Virus record (IMG/VR): IMGVR_UViG_3300021093_003900 | Coordinates: 1-64,000 of that record | DNA from: a virus | Strand: one strand, 5' to 3' | DNA: 64,000 nt | In this document: in pieces, positions 56,222-64,000 of the stretch | How positions within the stretch are numbered: the stretch's first letter is position 1 | How the letters are laid out: each line of letters begins with the position of its first letter | Notes under the pieces: generated by a model | What the model was told of the DNA's origin: nothing | Databases searched by the model: none | What the model saw: only the letters and a program-made list of their open reading frames with translations | Position numbers and translations under genes: made by a program

Positions 56222-57208
56222 TTAATTTTTTAATTTTTTTAACCAATAGTTTAATAGATCTTTCATAGTTTGTTCCAGTGTATACTCGGGTTTCCAACCT
56301 GTAATTTCAAATAACTCTGTAGAATCACCTACTTGTACCTGTATGTCTATCGGTCTGTATAATTTATCATCTATTCTTTGTTCTATCTCGTTATAAGGAA
56401 TTCCAGACGCTTCAATTAATTTATCTGTAAAATATTGCATTTTATGTACGTCAGAACCACAAACGTTAAATACCTTTCCATCCGAATCTGGTGTCATCAT
56501 AAGAAGATAATATGCATTTACACAATCTCTTACATCTATAACAACTCGTTCAGTTTTGAGATTACCGACTCTGAGTACTTTTTCTTGTAAACCTAGAACC
56601 ATTTTAGCTATTTGGAATGCGTCAGATGAAATCGAAAAATTAAAACCTCGACGAGGGCCAGTATGTGAGAACGCTCTTGTAATAAAACCTTTTATAAAAC
56701 CATTTTTGAACCTTTCCTGAAGATATAAATCTATCGCGGCCTTAGATGCTGCGTATGGATTTGAAGGAGTTAACGGATCAGTAACTTTCAATATCCCTTT
56801 ATCTTTACAAGTGTCACCATATACCTCAGATGTTGAACAAAACATTAATTTAGTTTCTGTTTTTTCTAAGACAGTGATAATATTCATACTAGCCGTAACA
56901 TTTTCTTCAAACGTTAAAATTGGATCCGCAAAACTTGTTGGTGGATGTGATTGAGCGGCCAAATGAAAGACACCATCAAAAACTTGATTAAAAAATAATT
57001 TATGAACGGAGTGGTAAACTCTAAGATCCAAATTGTGAAAAGTAATAGAGTTGTATTCTTCTAAAGTTAGTATATCAAGTAGATCTGTTTGTCTACCATT
57101 TGGACATCGTATCACTCCGTGTACTTCATGTCCTTTTGATAACAAAAGTTTTGCTAAATTTGGTCCAGCAAATCCTGTTATTCCTGTGATTAAAAATTTC
57201 TTTTTCAT
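56222..57208 (-). CDS. gmd: GDP-mannose 4,6-dehydratase-like SDR
   Basis: ITGITGFAG, HLAAQSH, STSEVYG, PYAASK, GPRRG, GNL, RPIDI. Confidence 0.75.
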   Translation of the reverse strand: MKKKFLITGITGFAGPNLAKLLLSKGHEVHGVIRCPNGRQTDLLDILTLEEYNSITFHNLDLRVYHSVHKLFFNQVFDGVFHLAAQSHPPTSFADPILTFEENVTASMNIITVLEKTETKLMFCSTSEVYGDTCKDKGILKVTDPLTPSNPYAASKAAIDLYLQERFKNGFIKGFITRAFSHTGPRRGFNFSISSDAFQIAKMVLGLQEKVLRVGNLKTERVVIDVRDCVNAYYLLMMTPDSDGKVFNVCGSDVHKMQYFTDKLIEASGIPYNEIEQRIDDKLYRPIDIQVQVGDSTELFEITGWKPEYTLEQTMKDLLNYWLKKLKN

Positions 57209-57915
57209 TTCAGATAAATCCAATTTTGTTTGAATAAGTTAATTATATGATAAAAGTTTGGAGTTGTAAATCTTGAAGTTAAAAACATTTTATCAGCTTT
57301 CAATTTCAATTTCTCCAATATGTAATTGAATGATGTATCTACTATCGAAATTTCTTTTGCGTTTTCAAAAACTTTGGCCCAGTCAAAGGGGGTAAATTCG
57401 TCTGTAATCTCAACTTTTATAACTTTGTAAAGTTTATTGTAAGGAACTGGTTTCGATGCTGTATGAGGAGGGGTACCCCATGTGTTTGAAACAACTACAT
57501 AGTCCTCATCATCTTTCAATCCCAAAAAATTGTAGTATAGATTATTTTCTTTCTCTTTGTTTCTTTTCCAAGTGAAATGACCTTGCCAACCATTGAAATC
57601 ATGTCCAACGAAAGAATATTTCACTTCCATACATGAACCAGGTAAGTGTTGATCGGCAAAACGAATTGGATAATATTCAAACTCAGGTTCTCTTACAATC
57701 TGACTACTACTCATAAATTGCTTGTATGGAAAACTTTCACTTAGCGTGTAAAACTCTAAGTTTGGTTTGGAAATATAATCTTTAACGAATATAAGATTGT
57801 CAGCAACAGGAAATATTACTTTAAACCCCTCTTGTATTTTCAAATCAACAAACTTTTGGAGAAAAAAAATATCTCCAAGACCAGCAGGTTGGTTTATTAA
57901 ACATGTTTTAAACAC
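57205..57915 (-). CDS. putative glycosyltransferase (GT-B-like)
   Basis: QPAGLGDIFF N-terminus; ENAKEISIVDTSF. Confidence 0.55.
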   Translation of the reverse strand: MFKTCLINQPAGLGDIFFLQKFVDLKIQEGFKVIFPVADNLIFVKDYISKPNLEFYTLSESFPYKQFMSSSQIVREPEFEYYPIRFADQHLPGSCMEVKYSFVGHDFNGWQGHFTWKRNKEKENNLYYNFLGLKDDEDYVVVSNTWGTPPHTASKPVPYNKLYKVIKVEITDEFTPFDWAKVFENAKEISIVDTSFNYILEKLKLKADKMFLTSRFTTPNFYHIINLFKQNWIYLK

Positions 57916-58717
57916 AATTTTTTATGTAATTTTCAAACAACCAATCATCTAAAATTTCATATTGGAGTGCCCTCTCAAAGTTTTCTTTTATTGAATTGAT
58001 TTTTGAATGATAAAGTTCTGGTGTTAGTAATGATAGATCTTCTAAATCATCCAAAAATATTATACCGTCGGAATTGAAATGTTGAACAATTTTTTTAGTA
58101 CCTTTAAATACTGGGATTGTTCCAGTCAAAAAACAATCTAATATTTTTTCAGTAAAATAGGTATCATACGTATTATTTTCAATTGCTATCGAAAACATGT
58201 AGTCAACTAACCCTGTTTCTTTTTTTTCAATTTCTCCGAAACCTCTACCAAACAAGTCTAATTTGTCTCTATTTTGAAGAGCAAAATTATATCTAAACCT
58301 ATGTTGTTCAGTAGCTTGTTTATCTGAAGTTATCATTGAAATCAACTTAGATTTAGTGTAAATTTTAGGTTCCTCGATATAAGACCCATAAGCTGGAGAC
58401 CATTTAAAAATAGGATCAAGTTGAACTAGTTCGTCATTGTGTGTCCAAACTTGTTCGTAGGTATTCTTAATTTTTTCGACTTCAGACTTTGCTTGTTCCG
58501 ATGTACCACCATCGTAGGATTTACTTTCGAGGATCCATAGAAACTTTTTTTTACCATCGTTAGCATCTCCGAATCCAGCCCACATACCGCCATCAATATA
58601 AACAGATATTGGATTTTCACGTGAAAAAAAATCCCATTTAATGTGTTTAGAAACTTTCCACCAAGTTGAGCAATATGCATGAGCAAAATTACCCGATAAC
58701 ATATTCAAATGTACCAT
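57908..58717 (-). CDS. glycosyltransferase family 10 (alpha-1,3-fucosyltransferase-like)
   Basis: YMFSIAIENN....YFTEKILDCFLTGTIPVFKG. Confidence 0.85.
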   Translation of the reverse strand: MVHLNMLSGNFAHAYCSTWWKVSKHIKWDFFSRENPISVYIDGGMWAGFGDANDGKKKFLWILESKSYDGGTSEQAKSEVEKIKNTYEQVWTHNDELVQLDPIFKWSPAYGSYIEEPKIYTKSKLISMITSDKQATEQHRFRYNFALQNRDKLDLFGRGFGEIEKKETGLVDYMFSIAIENNTYDTYFTEKILDCFLTGTIPVFKGTKKIVQHFNSDGIIFLDDLEDLSLLTPELYHSKINSIKENFERALQYEILDDWLFENYIKNCV

Positions 58718-58721
58718 ATTA

Positions 58722-59333
58722 TTATTTTTTTATGAAGAAACCATCACCCCAAGTACCACCATCCCAAGTTTGCTCAACTAATTCGAAACCGTACGGGGAT
58801 AAGAAATCGATTAATTGTTCAATACGCGTACAGTCTTGGTAGAGCTCGTCTCGATTTATTTCGGACATAATATAGTCAATATTGTGTAAAGTTTTCTCGG
58901 CACCTTTAAATACCTCCAATTCATAACCTTGGACATCAATATTTATAAAGTTGAAACCTAAAAGATCAATACCCAAATCGTCTAATCGTTTCATTTCAAC
59001 TTCTTCAGTTGACTCAAATTTGATATGTGGATATTGTGTAAGATGTAATACTGGATTCAAAATCGAACTAGATTGACCGTTATTAGCTGTTTCAACATTC
59101 ATTGAAATTTTTTTATTATCATTTCCTAAGGCAATATTCATCAACGTATAGTTTTCACCAATATTGTTTTTTAATACTTTAAAGTTTGATGATAAAGGTT
59201 CAAAAAAAATTCTTCTTTGTATACCAAGATCGTTATATGCATTGTTTTCCTCACCGAAGTGGGCACCAATATGAAGAACGCCATTGATCTTCATATTGTA
59301 TTTATTGACGATTGCGTTTAAGTTAAGCAACAT
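58722..59333 (-). CDS. FkbM-family methyltransferase
   Basis: LHIGAHFGEE, FEP, ALG, SSSIL, RLDD, NIDVQGYELEVFKG. Confidence 0.9.
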   Translation of the reverse strand: MLLNLNAIVNKYNMKINGVLHIGAHFGEENNAYNDLGIQRRIFFEPLSSNFKVLKNNIGENYTLMNIALGNDNKKISMNVETANNGQSSSILNPVLHLTQYPHIKFESTEEVEMKRLDDLGIDLLGFNFINIDVQGYELEVFKGAEKTLHNIDYIMSEINRDELYQDCTRIEQLIDFLSPYGFELVEQTWDGGTWGDGFFIKK

Positions 59334-60147
59334 ATTCTAATATTCCATTTTTTGATTCTACGTTTATGATAATCCAATTTGATTCGTAAATGTCTTTAAA
59401 GTTTGATGGACCACCAGTACCAAACCAAATCGACGGTGCAATTACTTTTTTATTTTCATTTCTATTGAGAAAACTTCCCCACCACGAGAAAGTTGAATTA
59501 CAAATGATATTATTTTTACACAGCGACATTAACCAAATTTCTTTATAATCTTCATCCTCTTCTACTATAATCATATTGGGAAAGTTCAGATTTTCTTTTA
59601 CCCAGTTTTTGTCTTCCGAAAAAACAAAAATTGTAGAATAATCTTGTACCAAATGCAAAGCTCTTTGGATGTAACTTAAACCAACACTAGGATGGATGTG
59701 AGGGTTCATCAAATAGTCACCTCTTCTGATATGAATTGAGACGGTATTTGAGTCATTCAATTGGGGATATTTATAGAAAAAATCTGTAACTACATCATTA
59801 GTAGGTGAAAAAAGTTCACGCACCTCATTATCGTATCCTAAAAAATTTTTACTACTTTGAAAGTATCCAGTAAAAACAGTTTTTTCATCAAATGGTTTTA
59901 CTGAACTATATTCCCATTCCCAAGGGTTTATAACCACTTCCTTGAATCCATTGTGAGATGTACCAAACTGAAAATTTTTAAAAATATTTTTAGTGTAGTT
60001 TTCAATACCTTTACCTTGCATAGGTGTCCATGAATGAGGTAAAATAAAAACTGGTCGATTATGTTTTAATCCTTGACAATAGGCATGTGCTGCCTGAAAC
60101 ATTTGGTTCCCTAGACCACCCATCAACTTACATGAAATATAATTCAT
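59323..60147 (-). CDS. glycosyltransferase family 11 (alpha-1,2-fucosyltransferase-like)
   Basis: GGLGNQMFQ, GYFQS, SIHIRRGDY, MSLCKNNIICNSTFSWWG. Confidence 0.92.
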   Translation of the reverse strand: MNYISCKLMGGLGNQMFQAAHAYCQGLKHNRPVFILPHSWTPMQGKGIENYTKNIFKNFQFGTSHNGFKEVVINPWEWEYSSVKPFDEKTVFTGYFQSSKNFLGYDNEVRELFSPTNDVVTDFFYKYPQLNDSNTVSIHIRRGDYLMNPHIHPSVGLSYIQRALHLVQDYSTIFVFSEDKNWVKENLNFPNMIIVEEDEDYKEIWLMSLCKNNIICNSTFSWWGSFLNRNENKKVIAPSIWFGTGGPSNFKDIYESNWIIINVESKNGILEYVA

Positions 60148-60869
60148 CGATTGAGTGTTTTTAATTTGGGTTTATTACGAATTTGGTCAGCGTTTTTATT
60201 TTGAATACTTACACCACCACCAGCACTTAAATCTTTATGGTCATTATATGGGGATTCAGCGTTATAAACATATGAAATTTTATCAATGAATTTATAGTGT
60301 TTTTTTCCCGCTAATTCGATTAGAGGAAATGAGTATGCAACGTCAGCCCCAGATTTATAATACTCATTATTTTCATCTAAAAAGTTTTCTTTTGGTATAT
60401 TTTTCCATAAGAATGACTTCCAAGTTCTTAAATGTGAAAATCTGAAAGGATCCGACCTGATCGTATCAGGGTTACATTCTTGAGAAAATCCACTATTTCC
60501 ATTACTATACATAAAAGACCCGTTGGTTAACCAAATATTTTTGTCGGAATAAGTCTTATTTATCAATGATAATACATCATTACCCAGAAGAAAATCATCA
60601 GCATCCACTTCAACTACAATATCTTCATCATCAAATTGAGAAATTAATTCGTCCATATTTTTCAATTTAAACTTTTTTTCATCGTTCTTGATTAAAATGA
60701 ACCGATCATCCCCGCCTATAAGTTCTTGTGCAAATTCATATCCACCGTCGGTAGATAAATCATCAATCATATAAACGTAGAAGTGATTCAAAGTTTGTAT
60801 TTTCAAACTTTTTACGTATGTCGAAAGATAATTTTTTGCGTTCCAAAAACACGATACTACTTTGATCAT
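60144..60869 (-). CDS. glycosyltransferase family 2
   Basis: IDDLSTDG, VDADDFL, SHLRT. Confidence 0.85.
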   Translation of the reverse strand: MIKVVSCFWNAKNYLSTYVKSLKIQTLNHFYVYMIDDLSTDGGYEFAQELIGGDDRFILIKNDEKKFKLKNMDELISQFDDEDIVVEVDADDFLLGNDVLSLINKTYSDKNIWLTNGSFMYSNGNSGFSQECNPDTIRSDPFRFSHLRTWKSFLWKNIPKENFLDENNEYYKSGADVAYSFPLIELAGKKHYKFIDKISYVYNAESPYNDHKDLSAGGGVSIQNKNADQIRNKPKLKTLNR

Positions 60870-60870
60870 A

Positions 60871-62514
60871 TTATATCTGTTGATTTACTACTCGATAGTA
60901 TTTGTCCTCAATTAATTGACCAACAACATCACTATTAAATTTATTTAACTCTTCACTAGATGGTGGTGTGGTCAAAGTTTTTTCTATAATATTTCCAGAT
61001 GAATCAACTTTATAAATCCACGCTGGTTTTCCGCAAAACCAACTTTCGATTGTCGTGCGACCAAGTAATATACCTGCAGTTTCACTAACTCTCTTAATGT
61101 AATCTTCAGTTCTCCATGTTGAGTTAAAGTATTTGACATGGGAATTTTGTAGTAAAGTTTCTAGATAATTTGATTTATTATCACCGACAAGCCACAATTC
61201 TTTTCCATTTTCTTTTGTGTAAGAAACTAAATCCTTGATTGTGTTTTCTCTTAAGTAATCAATACTACCAACAAATAAGACCGCATTCTCGACTTGAGTA
61301 TTTTTTTGAGAAAATCGTTCATTATCAACAGGGTTATAAATTACAGAAGTTCTTTCTCTAGGTATTTCATAAACGTCAATAATATGTTCTTGAATTTCTG
61401 GACGAATACAAATATATTCACGAATTGTTTCATTAATTACTGGTTTTTCCAAACGTATTACTTCTGAATGAATAGTTGAAATTTTTGGAATATTCGGATA
61501 AAGTTGACAAATATAATTTGTTGTAGGTTCGTGCTGAACATGTATAATATCAAAATTCACTTCAGATACTTTATACATTGTATTAGGTATAGATAAGACC
61601 ATTCCTTCTTGTGTTCTTAAACTCCATTTACCATCACCCAATTTGAACCCAGGTGGTTCTTTTAATGAGTACACCTTGATTCCTAGTTTTTTTGCCATGT
61701 CTTCTAAAGGTCGCCCAATATCAGAAAGCACCGAGACATCATGACCTAATTTTACAAGTGTCTTTGCTAATTCGTAAACATAAACTTCAGAACCTGTAAA
61801 TGTTTTAAAAAAGAGACAAGACAACAAAATTTTTAGTTTTTCTTCTTTTTTCTTCGGTAGAATTTTCGGAAGTTCATTTGAATATCTTTCAATAAATTTA
61901 ACTCTATTTTCTTCCCACTTTTCGTTTGTCATACCGATAGACTTATGTGTGACACGTATATCAAACATAACTCCAATTTGTACTCCTTCCAAAAAGTTTT
62001 GAAATGAAAAGTTAACATCGTAAAAATGAAAACCTTTGACAGTTTCATCAAATCTAGTTTTAATTCTGGATTTACTTAAACAAATAAATAATCCATCAAC
62101 CATAACAACGTCTTTTAGTTTATCGCCTAAACTAGAACTATATTTTGATTCCCATTTTTTACCATCACTTTCATGATTTACAATACCAAACATTTTACTC
62201 CTATCTTCCCACCACATTCCACTTTTTGGTACATACGTTGTTCCAGCCAAACCAATTATTCCGTGTGGATTTTTTTCAAAGTGTCTTGTCAGTTTTTTTG
62301 CCCAATTTTTAGTATCAAAGTAAATGTCATCATGACATAAAACAACTATATCATTTGAGGCTTCATTCAAAATTTCATTATAAACTTCTGTTAATGAACG
62401 ACCGTTTGAATTTACTTTTTCGATAATTTCGACTTTTGGTAAACCACTTGATTTACGAAGTAACTCTTTGAATTCTTCTGAAGAATTTCTTGTACTATAT
62501 CCTATCGTAATCAT
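60871..62514 (-). CDS. bifunctional glycosyltransferase (GT-A domain + GT4-like domain)
   Basis: YN...LCHDDI, FHFYD (GT2-like); TGSEVYVYELAK, IYNPVD, GRTTIE (GT4-like). Confidence 0.8.
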   Translation of the reverse strand: MITIGYSTRNSSEEFKELLRKSSGLPKVEIIEKVNSNGRSLTEVYNEILNEASNDIVVLCHDDIYFDTKNWAKKLTRHFEKNPHGIIGLAGTTYVPKSGMWWEDRSKMFGIVNHESDGKKWESKYSSSLGDKLKDVVMVDGLFICLSKSRIKTRFDETVKGFHFYDVNFSFQNFLEGVQIGVMFDIRVTHKSIGMTNEKWEENRVKFIERYSNELPKILPKKKEEKLKILLSCLFFKTFTGSEVYVYELAKTLVKLGHDVSVLSDIGRPLEDMAKKLGIKVYSLKEPPGFKLGDGKWSLRTQEGMVLSIPNTMYKVSEVNFDIIHVQHEPTTNYICQLYPNIPKISTIHSEVIRLEKPVINETIREYICIRPEIQEHIIDVYEIPRERTSVIYNPVDNERFSQKNTQVENAVLFVGSIDYLRENTIKDLVSYTKENGKELWLVGDNKSNYLETLLQNSHVKYFNSTWRTEDYIKRVSETAGILLGRTTIESWFCGKPAWIYKVDSSGNIIEKTLTTPPSSEELNKFNSDVVGQLIEDKYYRVVNQQI

Positions 62515-62516
62515 AA

Positions 62517-63200
62517 TTAAATTCCTGTTGAACCAAACCCATTTTCACCTCGTTCCTTATCTTGTAAATTTTCTTGAAGTTGTAAATTAACTACAGATCC
62601 TACATAGACAGGATATAGTCCACATTGAGCGATTTTTTGTTGTTTTTTTATAACAATTGGGTCTGGTGTTGAGTTGTAAACAATCACTTTTATTTCACCA
62701 TTATAACCCGAGTCAATTGTTCCCGGACTGTTTAAAACGATCAATCCTTGATTGATAGCAAGACCACTTTTAGTTCTGACTTGTAATTCATTATGTGAAG
62801 GAATATCAAACTTCAACCCTGTCGGAATTAAAGCTCTCTGAAACCCATCTAATTTGTACTCAATTACCGAATGCAAATCGAAACAGGAGTCTGTTCCATA
62901 ATTATATTTGGGATCTACAGCATCAGGATGAATCTTGACGTAATTTAGTTTCATTCTTTGATCCATATTTGATTGATCAGATAATTCAGTCATAAAGTTT
63001 GAATTTTCTTCTGAAGAAAGAATTGCTATAAGGTTTTCTAGATCGAACCCGAGTTTTTGTGATAAATTTGACAACTCGTTTTCATCATCTTCTTTTGTAA
63101 ATTCTTGAGATAGATTTTTTAATTCTTCTTGAAGTTCAGACAATGTTTGATTTATCTCATAATCAGGATCGTCAAGTTTGTTTGTATTACTATTGTCCAT
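62517..63200 (-). CDS. dut: dUTPase with acidic N-terminal extension
   Basis: FDL, IPTGL, RTKSGLA, NSPGTIDSGYNGEI, IAQ, RGENGFGSTG. Confidence 0.93.
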   Translation of the reverse strand: MDNSNTNKLDDPDYEINQTLSELQEELKNLSQEFTKEDDENELSNLSQKLGFDLENLIAILSSEENSNFMTELSDQSNMDQRMKLNYVKIHPDAVDPKYNYGTDSCFDLHSVIEYKLDGFQRALIPTGLKFDIPSHNELQVRTKSGLAINQGLIVLNSPGTIDSGYNGEIKVIVYNSTPDPIVIKKQQKIAQCGLYPVYVGSVVNLQLQENLQDKERGENGFGSTGI

Positions 63201-63901
63201 TATTTTAATTCTTTTAGTTTTTTTATTAAGTCAACTAATACTAAAACGTCCCTCTCACAATACTCAACAATCAAATTAAGTTGATTGTGTTCCCAGTATG
63301 CTTCGTGAACTCTATTACCCGTAATTTCACCTTCTTTAGATGATGGTACACCCATAGCTGAGCACATTAACTCCAAGGACGATAAACCAAAAGGATTACC
63401 AAATTTCCAGACATCCATAGTATCTATTGCTCTAATTTCCCAAGGTTTTGTTTCATAACTTGGTAGTAATGTTGAAGGTTTAATTCCGTTTATTACCATC
63501 CTTTTAAGTAAGTGAGGAATATCAAAATTTTTGACATTGTGACCACACAACCAAAAATCCGATTTTTGAACTTTATTGAATAAATGATTAATTTCAAATA
63601 GAGTTTGTTTTTCATCATGTCCTGAGATGGTTTGTTTGTGAACTTTTCCATCAGGTGTTACAAAAGCAAAACTAGCACAGACTATTTTTGAAAACTCGGG
63701 AACAAGTGCTGCTCGGTTTATAAACACTTGTTCTTTTGGTAATTCTTTATCTTCAGGAAATCTTTTCAAAAACCAGTCAAAATAGTTGTGAAATTGCTTA
63801 AACAACATTTCATTGTTCTTTTCAAGCTCTTCATAGTTTTTGAATAAACCTACAGTTTCAATGTCAAAAAAAAGGATTTTATTTATTGGTTGTGTAATCA
63901 T
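63200..63901 (-). CDS. 3'-5' exonuclease (PolB exonuclease-like, DnaQ fold)
   Basis: FFDIET, GHNVKNFDIP, YCERDV (Exo I-III). Confidence 0.88.
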   Translation of the reverse strand: MITQPINKILFFDIETVGLFKNYEELEKNNEMLFKQFHNYFDWFLKRFPEDKELPKEQVFINRAALVPEFSKIVCASFAFVTPDGKVHKQTISGHDEKQTLFEINHLFNKVQKSDFWLCGHNVKNFDIPHLLKRMVINGIKPSTLLPSYETKPWEIRAIDTMDVWKFGNPFGLSSLELMCSAMGVPSSKEGEITGNRVHEAYWEHNQLNLIVEYCERDVLVLVDLIKKLKELK

Positions 63902-63999
63902 AATATGGATCTGTAAAATTCTGCTCTATCTTTTGTAACTTTTTCTAAACTATATTTTTCGTGGACAGTTTCATATAATCGTTCACCCAAGTCTTTGGC
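63898..63999 (-). CDS. C-terminal end of a probable GT-B glycosyltransferase (truncated by window)
   Basis: AKDLGERLYETVHEKYSLEKVTKDRAEFYRSIL*; ATGA overlap with the exonuclease. Confidence 0.5.
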   Translation of the reverse strand, partial: AKDLGERLYETVHEKYSLEKVTKDRAEFYRSIL

Positions 64000-64000
64000 G

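Noticed and set aside
1-64000. Alternative genetic code (stop-codon reassignment), known in some large phages
   Set aside because: Core genes are full length in the standard code, and TAA, TGA and TAG all end genes at sensible positions.

Overview
This AT-rich (roughly 30% GC by eye), densely coding 64-kb window comes from a large T4-like tailed phage that uses the standard genetic code. The host is very probably a Bacteroidota bacterium: there are TTTG-N19-TAnnTTT(G/T) promoters, no Shine-Dalgarno sites, a Bacteroidota-type bS21 and a tmRNA that resumes on Gly. Left to right the window holds: (1) an accessory, lysis and probable internal-virion region (1-19 kb) with a GH19 endolysin, a four-gene paralog array, a candidate sRNA, a DUF6915-like gene plus two DUF6878-like genes, and spanin-, holin- and M23-like genes; (2) a compact protein-quality-control module (19.2-24.6 kb) made of a tmRNA with a non-canonical 21-residue tag, an M28/M42-type peptidase, a ClpC lacking its N-domain, and DnaK; (3) the head module (25-40 kb) with large terminase, a portal interrupted by an HNH intein, an antisense bS21, prohead protease, scaffold and gp23-like major capsid protein; (4) baseplate-like genes and a gp55-like sigma factor (42-49 kb); (5) a ~14-kb glycosylation and nucleotide-sugar cluster, dUTPase and a PolB-type exonuclease. 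The best candidates for an undescribed system are the tmRNA-ClpC(deltaN)-peptidase-DnaK module and a late-expression circuit combining a TATTTA motif, very short leaders, phage sigma, phage bS21 and shared (I/L)-x-E leader peptides. All family assignments come from recognising motifs by eye; no database searches were run.
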